A stretch of DNA of 64,000 bases from an uncultured Acidobacteriota bacterium (GTDB taxonomy: Bacteria; Acidobacteriota; JAQAZP01): contig CAWIIB010000001.1 in assembly GCA_963836075.1 (NCBI GenBank), positions 512,001 to 576,000 of the forward strand, in the 5' to 3' direction. The notes below the pieces were generated by a model that ran no database searches, was not told the origin of the DNA, and was given only the letters and a program-made list of their open reading frames with translations. Numbering within the stretch: the first letter of the stretch is position 1; each line of letters opens with the position of its first letter. Made by a program: the position numbers and the translations under genes. Positions 41,211 through 50,914 of this stretch are shown here, one piece after another.

Positions 41211-41738
41211 ATGGAACCTGACCTCAAGCGGCGGGCCGCGGGGATCGAGTGCGTGCTCACCGACGTGGACGGCGTGCTCACCGACGGCACCATCGCCCTC
41301 TTTGGCGAGAATGAGGAAGTGAAGCACTTCCACGTCTGGGACGGCAGCGGCATCAAGTATGCCCAGCGGGCCGGCCTGATGGTCGGCTTCATCACCGGCC
41401 GGAAGTCTGAAACGGTGGCCCGCCGCGCCGCGGAGCTGGGCGTGGAAGAGGTGCACATGGGGGCGATCCGCAAGCTGCCGGTGCTGGAAGAGCTGATGGT
41501 CCGCCACCGGCTTGATCCGCGGCAGATCGCCTACCTTGGTGACGACCTGATCGACCTGCCGATCCTCACCCGGGTGGGCCTGGCCGTGGCCGTGCCCGAA
41601 GCTCATCAAGAGGTGCTGTCCCGGGTGCACCATGTCACCGGGGCCTCGGCCGGCAAGGGCGCGCTCCGGGAACTGATCGAAATCATCCTCAAGGCCCGGG
41701 GGGACTGGGACGCACTGATGGAACGCTACCTGATCTAG
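41211..41738 (+). CDS. kdsC: Kdo-8-phosphate phosphatase
   Basis: DVDGVLTDG, ITGR, GDDLIDL, GKGALRE. Confidence 0.92.
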   Translation: MEPDLKRRAAGIECVLTDVDGVLTDGTIALFGENEEVKHFHVWDGSGIKYAQRAGLMVGFITGRKSETVARRAAELGVEEVHMGAIRKLPVLEELMVRHRLDPRQIAYLGDDLIDLPILTRVGLAVAVPEAHQEVLSRVHHVTGASAGKGALRELIEIILKARGDWDALMERYLI

Positions 41739-41776
41739 CACGGTCCGCCCGGAAAACATCTGTTACGGAGGGAGTT

Positions 41777-42157
41777 ATGAAATATCTGACCCTGCTGCTG
41801 ATCCTGCTCCTTTCGCTGGTCCTGCTCTGCTTCCTCTATCTCAACCAGGGGCCGGTATCGATCAAGTACTACCCCGGGGAGGGCCACCAGACACCGCCGG
41901 TCCCGCTCTTTGCCGTGATCATGCTGGGGATCATCGCCGGGGTGCTGATGGCCGGCCTGATCGGCTTTGCCGAGCAGCTGCGGCTCCGTTTCCGCCTGCG
42001 GCAGGCGGTCAAGGCCAAAGGGGTCATGGAACAGCAGCTGGAGAAGCTGAAGAAGGATCTGGAGGAAAGCAGCGCCCTGGAAGCGGGGTTCTCCGATCCG
42101 GATGTGGCGGAGCTGCCCGCCGGTGGCGGGGAAAACGTCCCGGATCAACTCTCCTGA
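41777..42157 (+). CDS. LapA-family LPS assembly protein
   Basis: Two TM helices around an N...V.I..P.F loop, followed by a coiled-coil; ggaggg RBS. Confidence 0.7.
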   Translation: MKYLTLLLILLLSLVLLCFLYLNQGPVSIKYYPGEGHQTPPVPLFAVIMLGIIAGVLMAGLIGFAEQLRLRFRLRQAVKAKGVMEQQLEKLKKDLEESSALEAGFSDPDVAELPAGGGENVPDQLS

Positions 42158-42546
42158 AACGATTCGGGGCGGGAGTAACGGGCGGCCGAGCCCGGCGTCT
42201 CCTCCACCTCCACCGCCTGCAACCAGGCCCCGGACACCGAGCCGCCCACCAGCGGAGCGCGGTGGATCAGGCGGTAGATCTCGCCGGCCAGGTTTTCCGC
42301 CGAGGGGTTCGAGCCGCTGAACAGCGGGTCGAGGTTCAGATCGCAGCCCTCGAACCGCTGGAGGATGCTTTCCAGCAGCAAGCGCAACCGCCGCACGTCA
42401 ACCAGCATGCCCCAGGGGCCGCACTCGTCCCCCCGCACGATGGCCCGCACCTTCCAGCGGTGGCCGTGGACCCTGGCGCATCGCCCGGCATAGCCCTCAA
42501 GGTGGTGGGCCGCGGAGAAGGGGACTTCCACCTGTACCTCGAACAT
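42145..42546 (-). CDS. queD: 6-carboxy-5,6,7,8-tetrahydropterin synthase
   Basis: FSAAHHL..Y.G.CARVHGHRW, NPSAENLA, VEETP. Confidence 0.85.
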   Translation of the reverse strand: MFEVQVEVPFSAAHHLEGYAGRCARVHGHRWKVRAIVRGDECGPWGMLVDVRRLRLLLESILQRFEGCDLNLDPLFSGSNPSAENLAGEIYRLIHRAPLVGGSVSGAWLQAVEVEETPGSAARYSRPESFQES

Positions 42547-43535
42547 CAGATGATCTCCTCCATCTCCCCGGCATAGACTGGAGTGGTGCCCACCTTGCCC
42601 ACCGCCACGCCGGCCGCCATGTTGGAGAGCACCGCCGCCTCGCGCATGGTGGCCCCGGCGGCCATGGCCGCGGTGAACCAGGCGATCACCGTGTCACCGG
42701 CACCGGTGACATCGTAGACCTCGCGGTTGGCCGCGGGGATGCTGACCAGCCGCTTGCCCCGCTCGACGAGGCTCATGCCGTGCTGCCCGCGGGTGATCAG
42801 CACCGCCCGGCAATCGAGGCGGCGCATGATCTTGCGCCCCGCGGTCTGGAAATCCTCGTCGTCAACCGGGGAGAAGTTTCCCATGAAACTGTTCACCTCG
42901 TGGCGATTGGGGGTGATCACCGCGGCCCCGTTGCGGTAGTGCAGGAAGTTCGCCGGCTTGGGATCGGCGGTGAGCGGTATCCCGGCCCGGCCGGCTTCGC
43001 CGAGACAGAAGGCCACCAGGTCCTCGGTGAGCGTCCCCTTGTCGTAGTCCGAGAGCAACATGGCGTCCACCGAACCGGCCAGGCGACGAATACTCTCCTT
43101 CAGGTCGCTCTGCACTTCCGGGGAAAGACTAAGCCGGCCGGCTTCCCGGTCGGTGCGCAGCAGCTGCTGGCCCCGGGCGATGATTCTGGTTTTCACCGTG
43201 GTGGGGTGGCCGGGGATGCGGAGCAGGGCTCCGACGCGGGCGCCGTCTCCGCTGAGCAGGTCCACCAGCTCGGTACCGGCCCGGTCGTCACCCACCACGC
43301 CCACCACCTCCACCCCGGCACCCATGGCCGCCAGGTTCTCCACCACGTTGCCTGCCCCGCCGGGCACGGCGCTCTCCCCGGTAACCCGCACCACCGGCAC
43401 GGGCGCTTCCGGTGAGATCCGCGACACATCGCCCATCAGGAAACGGTCGAGCATCAGGTCGCCCACCACCAGCACGCGTACCCCGGACAGGCGCTTGAGG
43501 ATGTCGCGACCCTTCTTGCGGGACAGGAGTTTCAT
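42546..43535 (-). CDS. D-glycero-beta-D-manno-heptose-7-phosphate kinase (HldA/RfaE kinase domain), copy 1
   Basis: VGDLMLD, RISPEAPVPVV, GGAGNV, TTVKTR, SDYDKG, ITPN, DVTGAGDT. Confidence 0.92.
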   Translation of the reverse strand: MKLLSRKKGRDILKRLSGVRVLVVGDLMLDRFLMGDVSRISPEAPVPVVRVTGESAVPGGAGNVVENLAAMGAGVEVVGVVGDDRAGTELVDLLSGDGARVGALLRIPGHPTTVKTRIIARGQQLLRTDREAGRLSLSPEVQSDLKESIRRLAGSVDAMLLSDYDKGTLTEDLVAFCLGEAGRAGIPLTADPKPANFLHYRNGAAVITPNRHEVNSFMGNFSPVDDEDFQTAGRKIMRRLDCRAVLITRGQHGMSLVERGKRLVSIPAANREVYDVTGAGDTVIAWFTAAMAAGATMREAAVLSNMAAGVAVGKVGTTPVYAGEMEEII

Positions 43536-44803
43536 TGTTCTGCACCTCTGCTGCCAGCCGTCTCCCAGGCGGAATAGGCGGTGGAAATGATGAACAGGAA
43601 GAGGATCAGCACCTCGGTGTCCCCGAAATTGTACTCGAAAATCCCGGCGGTGAAAAACGCCGCGGCTGCGGCCAGCGGCCCCAGCTGGAAGAAAAGGCGG
43701 TGGTCGTGGGGCCGGCCCGCTGGTACGGGGCCCCGGGCAAATCCGCCCATCCGGCGCAGCCGGCCCACCAGGTCGCTGAGCAGCCAGAGCACGAACCAGA
43801 GCCAGAAGGCGAAACCCACCAGCCCGGACTCGGCACAGACCTGCACCGGGGTGTTGTGCAGGTGGATGGTGTGTTCGTTTACCGCCGTATTGGTGCGGTA
43901 CGCCGGGTAGAGCACCTCCACCATGCCGGGGCCCACCCCCTGCAGAGGGTGGTCGATGATCATCCGCGCCCCGCTCTTCAGCTGGTTCAGACGGTCGAGG
44001 TTGGAGACATCGGTGTGGGTGTCGAAGATGTTCACGATCCGTGTGGCCAGCGTCCCGTCGGTCAGGGCGAGCACCACCACCAGCGCCAGCGGAACGGTGA
44101 CCAGTTTCCAGGACCTCAGGCAGGCGGCGATCACGGCGATTCCGGCCAGCAGGCCGACCCAGGCGTGGCGGGAGTAGGTCAGGACCAGGGCCATGGTCAC
44201 CAGCACCAGGGAGGCCCAGACCCACCAGCGCCTCCGCTCACGCCCCTGTTCGCCGCCCGGCGAGCTGGCCAGCAGGGCGATGATCAACACGTCCACCAGC
44301 ATCAGGATACCGGAGTAGGTCATGTAGTGGCCCATGGGTCCGGATATCCTGTGCTGCACACCGCCCATGTCGTCGATGACATACTGGCCCAGGCCCACCA
44401 GGGCCACCATCCCCCCCATCAGCACCACCACGTGGACCAGCGGCAGTACGTCGTCCTCCCCCTCGACGATGTTGTAGAAGAGGAGCAGCACCAGCAGGTT
44501 TAACAACCCCGGCAGGTAGGTCACGCTGTCCGCCGGGTCCACGGAGAGGATGGCGGAGATAACGGTCTGGAGAATGAGCAGGAACAGCGGGATCATCAGC
44601 GGCAAAAAACGGAAGGTCCGGCCCCCCTGGCGGAGCAGCAGGCCGATCCAGAGCAGGGAAATCAGGTTGAGACAGATCTGGACCAGGGCGATCCTGGTCA
44701 CACCGAAGAGGGCCAGGGCCAGCAGCAGGTAGAGCAGCTTTTCGCCGATCCCGGGCCTTCGGGCCAGCGGAACGGAGAAGAGGTCACCTCCCAGGAGCGT
44801 CAT
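43532..44803 (-). CDS. O-antigen ligase-family protein
   Basis: Multi-TM protein, LTYSRHAW, SNLDR...HPLQGVG, HLHN...AESG. Confidence 0.85.
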   Translation of the reverse strand: MTLLGGDLFSVPLARRPGIGEKLLYLLLALALFGVTRIALVQICLNLISLLWIGLLLRQGGRTFRFLPLMIPLFLLILQTVISAILSVDPADSVTYLPGLLNLLVLLLFYNIVEGEDDVLPLVHVVVLMGGMVALVGLGQYVIDDMGGVQHRISGPMGHYMTYSGILMLVDVLIIALLASSPGGEQGRERRRWWVWASLVLVTMALVLTYSRHAWVGLLAGIAVIAACLRSWKLVTVPLALVVVLALTDGTLATRIVNIFDTHTDVSNLDRLNQLKSGARMIIDHPLQGVGPGMVEVLYPAYRTNTAVNEHTIHLHNTPVQVCAESGLVGFAFWLWFVLWLLSDLVGRLRRMGGFARGPVPAGRPHDHRLFFQLGPLAAAAAFFTAGIFEYNFGDTEVLILFLFIISTAYSAWETAGSRGAEQ

Positions 44804-44943
44804 CGCTGCCCCCCCGCGGTTCACTGCTGCCGGCATTCTGCCTGGTGGTATACATGTATCGACCCAGCTGTTGGGGTGTTCCAGAGTTCGGTTATCACTA
44901 TAGACAGCTGCCCGAAAGCTGTCAACGAAGTCGATTCTTCCCT

Positions 44944-44972
44944 TTGCATGGCGACCCTGGACTCAATATAAT
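44944..44972 (+). promoter_or_regulatory. sigma70 promoter, probably giving a leaderless mRNA starting at ATG 44981
   Basis: TTGCAT (44944-49), 17 nt, TATAAT (44967-72), then ATG 8 nt later with no SD. Confidence 0.55.
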
Positions 44973-44980
44973 CACCAACT

Positions 44981-45833
44981 ATGTTCAGTATTCCCACCGG
45001 ATACACGCTTCTGGAGCCGGCCACCGGCCTGCGGCTGCTGGTCCTTCAGTACCCTGGTACCGCTGGTGCAGCGGCAAGGGCTCACCCGCTTTCCGGAGAG
45101 GCCCGGGTCGGCGGAGGGCGGTCCCGGTCCCGCCGGCGGACGGGGGGCGGTCTGGCGGGCGGAGCTGGGCGACGGCCGTCAACTGGTGATCAAGCACTAC
45201 CGCCGTGGGGGCCTGCTGGGCCGGATTCGCGGCCGGAGTTACGCGGGGGCCTCCAGGCCGCTGGAGGAAATCCGGGTCTGTGCGGCGGCCCATGCCGCCG
45301 GCCTGGGTGTGCCGCCGATCCAGTGCCTCTGGATCGAACGGGCCGGCGCCTTCAACCACAAGCTGGCCGCGGCCACCGTGGAGATCCCCGGGGCCCGCGA
45401 CCTGTTTCAGGCCCTGGGCGGCTGCCGGGACACCGGGGAGCGCCGACAGCTGCTGACAGCCACCGCCCGGTCGGTGAGGAAACTGCACGACACCGGGATC
45501 CACCACCCGGACCTCAACCTGGGCAACATCCTGGTGGGCGGCAGTGGCGACAATCCGGAGATCCACTTCATCGATTTTGACCGCGCCCGTCTGCGCAACC
45601 ACCCGTTGGGCAGCGGCGAGCGGAACGGCGCCCTGGCCCGGATGTACCGCTCGCTGGTCAAGCTGAGCCGGCCTGAGCGATCACCGTTGACCGCCGACGA
45701 AAAAGAACTCTTCCTCGCCGACTACTGGGGGGAGAGGACCGGATTGCAAGCCGCGCTGCGCCGACGCTGCCGCCGTGAACTGGCGCTGCACCGTCTCTGG
45801 TGGCGCCTCAACCCGCCCCGGGCGGGAGGATGA
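44981..45833 (+). CDS. Kdo/LPS kinase (KdkA/WaaP-like), apparent +1 frameshift near 45050
   Basis: GGRG..W, IKHYRRGG, HPDLNLGNIL, FIDFD in ORF 45066..45833. The likely start MFSIPTGY (44981) lies in another frame and joins if one base is removed at about 45043-45054. Confidence 0.8.
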
Positions 45834-47245
45834 CTCCCATGTCCACCGACACGACATATTCCGGCGGTGCCGCTGCCCTTCCGGACCTCGACACGCTGCA
45901 GCGGATCCTGATCATCCGGCTTGGCGCCCTGGGCGACGTGGTGCGCACCCTGCCTGCCCTGCGGGCCATCCGGCACCGCCTGCCCCGGGCCCACATCAGC
46001 TGGCTGGTGGAGGAAGGCAGCCTGGAGCTGCTGGAGGGGCACCCCGACCTGGACCAGGTGATCCTGCTCCCCCGGCGGCAGTTCTCCACTGAGCTCCGCC
46101 GCCCCTGGCTGCTGCACCGCGGCCTGGGCCGTATTGGCGGTATCGTCCGGCAGCTGCGGGCCGAGAAGTTCGACGCGGTGTTCGACCTCCACGGCCTGCT
46201 GAAGAGCGGCCTGCTGGCCCGGGCCTGCGGCGCCCCGGTGCGCTTCGGTTTCCCGCGGGACCTGGCCCGCGAGAACAGCCACCGCTTCCTGACCCACCCG
46301 CTGGCCGTGCCGCCGGAAGTAAAGAACCGGGTGGACCGGCTGTTTCACATGCTCACCGCCGCCGGTATCGAGCCCCGTCCCGAGGCCGGCAGCGGCATCT
46401 TCCCACCTGACCAGGCCCTGGAGGCGGTTGACCGCTACCTGGAGCAAACCGTGCCCGACGGCTCCCGGGGCGTGGCGGTGGTGGCCGTGGGATCCAGTGT
46501 TCAGCAGTCCTGGAAACGTTGGCCGGTGGACCGCTTTGCCGGCCTGGCCGCCGGCCTCACCAACCGTCTGCCGCTGGAAGTGCTGCTGGCCTGGGGTCCC
46601 GGGGAACGGGAGATGGCCGAGGCTGTGCTGCAGGCCGCCGGCAACCCGCCGCACGTCCACCTGGCCCCGCCGCTGAAGCTGATGGAGCTGGCCGCGCTGC
46701 TCCAGCGCTGCCGTCTCTTCGTGGGCGGGGACAGCGGCCCGATGCACCTGGCCGCGGCCATGGGCGCGCCGGTGGTGGGCATTTTCGGTCCCACCGACCC
46801 CGAGCTGAACCGTCCCCTGGCCCCCGGCGGTTTCCTGGCGGTGCACCCCGAACGCGACTACGGCTCGATGAGCAAGCAGGAGATCCGCCGCACGGTGCGC
46901 ATGGACGAGGTGGCTGTTGACCAGGTGCTGGACGCCGCCGAAACACTGTTCCGATCAGGTACCGGCCCCGGCGAACCCGATACCGCGGCCGGGGACCCGC
47001 AGCCCATGGAACGGGCGGCCCTGCTCACCGGCCCGGTGGAGGCCCAGGTGATCACCCACCTGCTGGAACAGGACCAGATTCCCCACCTGGTCCGGCCCTT
47101 CCGCGAGATCGCCTTTGACGGGGTTTTCGCGCCACAGAAGGGCTGGGGCGAGCTGCTGGCGCCGCCGGAGAGGAAGAAAGAGGTCCTGGCCCTGCTGAAG
47201 GGGGTGCGGGCCGGCGAGGGACTAGGGCAGGGCCCTGATGCGTGA
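45830..47245 (+). CDS. GT9 heptosyltransferase with a C-terminal DUF2007-like domain
   Basis: ILIIRLGALGDV, DLHGLLKS, KRWP, GGDSGPMHLAAA, FGPTDP; extra C-terminal EAQVITHLLEQDQIPHLV...FDGVF..QKGWG. Confidence 0.88.
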   Translation: MTPMSTDTTYSGGAAALPDLDTLQRILIIRLGALGDVVRTLPALRAIRHRLPRAHISWLVEEGSLELLEGHPDLDQVILLPRRQFSTELRRPWLLHRGLGRIGGIVRQLRAEKFDAVFDLHGLLKSGLLARACGAPVRFGFPRDLARENSHRFLTHPLAVPPEVKNRVDRLFHMLTAAGIEPRPEAGSGIFPPDQALEAVDRYLEQTVPDGSRGVAVVAVGSSVQQSWKRWPVDRFAGLAAGLTNRLPLEVLLAWGPGEREMAEAVLQAAGNPPHVHLAPPLKLMELAALLQRCRLFVGGDSGPMHLAAAMGAPVVGIFGPTDPELNRPLAPGGFLAVHPERDYGSMSKQEIRRTVRMDEVAVDQVLDAAETLFRSGTGPGEPDTAAGDPQPMERAALLTGPVEAQVITHLLEQDQIPHLVRPFREIAFDGVFAPQKGWGELLAPPERKKEVLALLKGVRAGEGLGQGPDA

Positions 47246-47716
47246 GACCAGGTCGGTGGTGGCGTGGTCGGTGCTGTCGCCGACGATGCGCACTTCCCCA
47301 CCCACCGATTCCACAACACCCCGTTCCGGCACGCTTTCCACGGTGTAGTCTGTGCCCTTGCAGTGCACGTCCGGCCGGAGGGCCAGAATCACCTGCTCCA
47401 CCGTCGGCTCGGCGAACAGGGTGACGTAATCCACCGGCTCCAGGGCGGCCAGCAGTTCGGCCCGATCCAGCTCCGGCTGGATCGGCCGGCCAGGCCCCTT
47501 CAGGCCGCGCACACCGGCGTCGCTGTTCACCGCCACCACCAGCAGGTCACCTTCGGCCGCCGCGCTGTAAAGGTAGCGCACGTGCCCCACGTGCAGCAGG
47601 TCGAAGCAGCCGTTGGTCAGCACCACCCGGCGTCCGCGGGATTTTTCCGCACGCACCATCTCCGCCAGCTGGGCCAGGGGAATGATTCTGTCCCGGGGAT
47701 CAGAGGCCTGCTTCAA
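47222..47716 (-). CDS. D-beta-D-heptose 1-phosphate adenylyltransferase (HldC/RfaE2)
   Basis: TNGCFDLLHVGHVRYL, VNSD..V..LKGPGRP, KGTDY. Confidence 0.92.
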   Translation of the reverse strand: MKQASDPRDRIIPLAQLAEMVRAEKSRGRRVVLTNGCFDLLHVGHVRYLYSAAAEGDLLVVAVNSDAGVRGLKGPGRPIQPELDRAELLAALEPVDYVTLFAEPTVEQVILALRPDVHCKGTDYTVESVPERGVVESVGGEVRIVGDSTDHATTDLVSRIRALP

Positions 47717-48728
47717 AACGCACCGCCCCTTCCAGTTCGTCGAGGCCCACCGTGGCGGTGCCCCACTTCTTGACCACCAGCCCCCCGGCCAGGTTGGAGA
47801 GCAGCGCCGCCTCGTAATACGACGCGCCGCTGGCCAGGGCCAGGGTAAAAGTGCTGATCACCGTGTCTCCGGCGCCGGTGACGTCGGCCACCTCGCCGTC
47901 ACCGTGGCTGTGCAGCCTGCGGAAGCCGTCCGCCTCCACCAGCACCATCCCGTCGCCGCCGCGGGTCACCAGCACCGCTTCGGCGGCCAGCTTTTGACGC
48001 AGATCCCCGCCCATGCGGGCCACCAGCTCAACATCACCGTCGGCCTGCTCCTCGAAGATCGACTCCAGCTCCGGCTCGTTGGGCGTGGCCGCCGAGACCC
48101 CGGGGTAGGCCAGCAGGTCCCAGCGGGAGTCGAGGGTCACCGGCAGCCCGGCCGCCCGGGCGGTGCGGATCAGGTGGCCGGCCAGTTCCCGGTCCACGGC
48201 GCCCTGGCCGTAGTCGGAGATCATCACCGCATCCACCTGCCCCACCCGCTGGTCGAGGATCGCGCGGACCCGGTCCCGCCTCTCCTCGTCGTAGGTGAAC
48301 GGTTCCTCGCGGTCCACCCGCACCACCTGCTGCCGCTTGACGTGCCGGCTGCCGGCGCTGACCCGGGTCTTGGAGGTGGTGTGGTGCCCCTCCACGGAGA
48401 GGATGCCGTCGGTGGGCACGCCCTTCTCGTCGAAAATGCCGACCAGCGACCGGCCGTGCTCGTCGGCGCCCAGCACTCCCACCGGCAGCGGCTTGCCGCC
48501 CAGGGCGCCGAGGTTGTTCACCGAGTTGGCGCAGCCGCCGGGCACCACCCGGGTCTGCTTGTGATCGAGGATCAGGATCGGCGCCTCCCGGGAGATCCGG
48601 GAGATCTCGCCATAGATGAAGACGTCGGCGATCAGGTCACCGAACAGCAGCACCTTCTTCCCCGGGAAGCCCTCCAGCAGCTGCAGCAGCCGCCGCCCTT
48701 CCACCCCCTGGATCTGTGGCTCGCTCAT
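47700..48728 (-). CDS. Heptose-7-phosphate kinase-like PfkB sugar kinase (HldA/RfaE1), copy 2
   Basis: GDLIAD, RISREAP, PGGCANS, SKTRV, SDYG, TPNE, DVTGAGDT. Confidence 0.88.
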   Translation of the reverse strand: MSEPQIQGVEGRRLLQLLEGFPGKKVLLFGDLIADVFIYGEISRISREAPILILDHKQTRVVPGGCANSVNNLGALGGKPLPVGVLGADEHGRSLVGIFDEKGVPTDGILSVEGHHTTSKTRVSAGSRHVKRQQVVRVDREEPFTYDEERRDRVRAILDQRVGQVDAVMISDYGQGAVDRELAGHLIRTARAAGLPVTLDSRWDLLAYPGVSAATPNEPELESIFEEQADGDVELVARMGGDLRQKLAAEAVLVTRGGDGMVLVEADGFRRLHSHGDGEVADVTGAGDTVISTFTLALASGASYYEAALLSNLAGGLVVKKWGTATVGLDELEGAVRFEAGL

Positions 48729-48732
48729 CAGC

Positions 48733-49314
48733 TCAGCCCTCCAGCTCGAGGATCAGTTCCACCGCCGCGGCCAGGTCCTCGGAGACGTGGTGCGGCCGGG
48801 TGGACCAGTTGTGGGCGTGGTATTCCAGCAGTCCGGCGCCATAGCCGGTGCGCACCATGATTCCGGTGAGCCCGGCCTCCATGCCCATGGACACATCCTT
48901 GATGTGATCGCTCACCAGGTAGGACCGGGCCAGGTCAAGGTCCATATCCTCGGCGGCACGCAACAGCATCCCCGGCCGGGGCTTGCGGCAATCGCAGTCC
49001 AGGCGCCAGGGCGGCTGCCCCACGTCCGGGTGGTGGGGACAGAAGTAGATTCCGTCCAGACGGGCCCCGGCCTCCTCGGCAAGCAGCATCTCCAGCCGCC
49101 GGTGCACCACGTGGACCAGCGGCTCCTCGAAATAGCCCCGGGCCACCCCGGCCTGGTTGGTCACCAGCACCGCCGGCAGTCCGGCGTCGTTCAGCTTCCT
49201 GATGGCCGCCGCCGACCCGGGGAGCAGCCGCAGGCGGCGCTCGTGGTTCAGATAACCAACCTCGCGGCTCACCGTCCCGTCGCGGTCGAGAAATACGGCT
49301 TTCCTGGTTCCCAC
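48733..49314 (-). CDS. gmhB: Heptose 1,7-bisphosphate phosphatase
   Basis: FLDRDGT, VTNQAG, CPHHP...CDCRKP.PGM. Confidence 0.9.
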   Translation of the reverse strand: MGTRKAVFLDRDGTVSREVGYLNHERRLRLLPGSAAAIRKLNDAGLPAVLVTNQAGVARGYFEEPLVHVVHRRLEMLLAEEAGARLDGIYFCPHHPDVGQPPWRLDCDCRKPRPGMLLRAAEDMDLDLARSYLVSDHIKDVSMGMEAGLTGIMVRTGYGAGLLEYHAHNWSTRPHHVSEDLAAAVELILELEG

Positions 49315-49495
49315 TATTCAGTTTCCTGTTCTGTGAAAAGGGCGGCCACCACTGCCACCGGTTACCTCGGACAAAGATCTGAAAATGGTACTGGTATCGG
49401 GAGCCTATTTCAAGGAGTCCCGATAGACCTCCCGATTTCTATAGAGTATTTATACCTTTTATATACCACTTCAGGATTCAGAACGGAACGCTGCC

Positions 49496-50347
49496 CTACC
49501 CCGCCGGAGTGGATCCTTCAGCGGGCCGGACCACAGGCGGTTTCCCGTCATCAGTGCCGTCATCGCTGTCATCATCGTCATCCGGGTCAGCATCCTCTTC
49601 CTCGGCCGGCTTGCGCTTCTTGAAGACCATGGCGACGAGGATGCTGAAGAAGTAGAGCAGCAGCATGGGGCCGGCAAAGAGGACCTGGGTGGGGATGTCC
49701 GGGGTGGGGGTGATGACGGCGGCGATGATGAAGATGATCAGCACGGCGTAGCGCAGGTTCTTGATCATGAACTTCGGCGTGATCAGCCCCAGGCGGGCGA
49801 GGAAGAAAACCAGGATCGGCATCTCGAAGACCAGGCCCAGGCCAAGCAGGATCTTGTTCAGGGTGCCCAGGTACTCGCGGATGGTGATGATGGCCCGGAA
49901 CTGCTCGCCCACCCCGAGGAGAAAGCCGCAGACCCGGGGAAAAGCCACGTAGTAGCCGAAAGCCGCCCCGCCGACGAAGAAGAGAGTGGAGAAGAAAATA
50001 AAGGGCAAACCGTACCGTCTCTCGCTCTTGTAGAGGCCCGGGGAGATGAAGAGCCAGATCTGGGTGATGACAAAGGGGCTGGTGAGAAAGATACTGGCCA
50101 GGAAGGCCACCTTCATGTAGAGCAGGAAGGGGTCGGCCAGTTTGGTGAAGGCCAGCCCCTCCCCTTCCTTGAGGAAGGGCAGGATGGGCTGGGAGAGGAA
50201 GAGGAACAGCTGCTGGGAGAAGGCCCAGCAGACGAGGAAGCCGACAAAGATGGCGATGGCCGAGTAGACCAGGCGGCGGCGCAGCTCGTCGAGGTGGTCG
50301 AGGAACCCCATGGCCCCTTCCGCGGACTGGTCCTGCTCACCTCTCAT
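49496..50347 (-). CDS. tatC: Twin-arginine translocase subunit C
   Basis: FLDHLDELRRR, QIWLFISPGLY..ER, FEMP, AVITPTPD. Confidence 0.96.
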   Translation of the reverse strand: MRGEQDQSAEGAMGFLDHLDELRRRLVYSAIAIFVGFLVCWAFSQQLFLFLSQPILPFLKEGEGLAFTKLADPFLLYMKVAFLASIFLTSPFVITQIWLFISPGLYKSERRYGLPFIFFSTLFFVGGAAFGYYVAFPRVCGFLLGVGEQFRAIITIREYLGTLNKILLGLGLVFEMPILVFFLARLGLITPKFMIKNLRYAVLIIFIIAAVITPTPDIPTQVLFAGPMLLLYFFSILVAMVFKKRKPAEEEDADPDDDDDSDDGTDDGKPPVVRPAEGSTPAG

Positions 50348-50736
50348 TGCCGTCCCGCATCCCCGGTGGCGGGTTCATCAAAGGGCAGTTCGGCTTCCGG
50401 GGCCTCGACAGTTTCAGGTTCCCGGTCGGTGGCCGCATCCGCGGGCGGCGGATCGGCCGCCGTCGGGGCGCCCGGTGAGGTCTCCGGTTCGGGGGGCTGA
50501 CGGCGGCTGTACGCGTCTTCCACCTTTTTCCGCTGGGGCGCGTTCTGCTTTTCCTCTTCCTTGTGCACTTCCAGTTCGAGGGTGTTTTTCAGGTCGTTGG
50601 TCGCCCGGCGGAATTCCCCCAGGGCCTTGCCCAGGGTGCGGCCCAGCTGCGGCAGCTTTCGCGGGCCGAAGATGACCAGCGCGATCACCAGGATCACCAT
50701 GATTTCGGGCCAGCCCAGGGAACCCATCCGTTTCAT
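50344..50736 (-). CDS. Twin-arginine translocase TatA/TatB subunit
   Basis: MGSLGWPEIMVILVIALVIFGPRKLPQLGRTLGKALGEFR. Confidence 0.92.
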   Translation of the reverse strand: MKRMGSLGWPEIMVILVIALVIFGPRKLPQLGRTLGKALGEFRRATNDLKNTLELEVHKEEEKQNAPQRKKVEDAYSRRQPPEPETSPGAPTAADPPPADAATDREPETVEAPEAELPFDEPATGDAGRQ

Positions 50737-50770
50737 GCCTCCGCGTAGACCGTTAAAAGAAGGAAATTCC

Positions 50771-50799
50771 ATGGTACGGTCAGGGCCAAAGCATGTCAA
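50771..50799 (-). promoter_or_regulatory. sigma70 promoter for the tat genes
   Basis: Minus strand TTGACA-17 nt-TACCAT. Confidence 0.55.
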
Positions 50800-50914
50800 C
50801 ACCCCCATTTGTTGTTTCTCAGTCCAGGATGTTTAAGCTATACTTGAACAGTGAAAAGACCGATTCCGTGAATGATCCGCGGCCACCCGGCAGCGGCGAC
50901 ACATACGAGGAACC

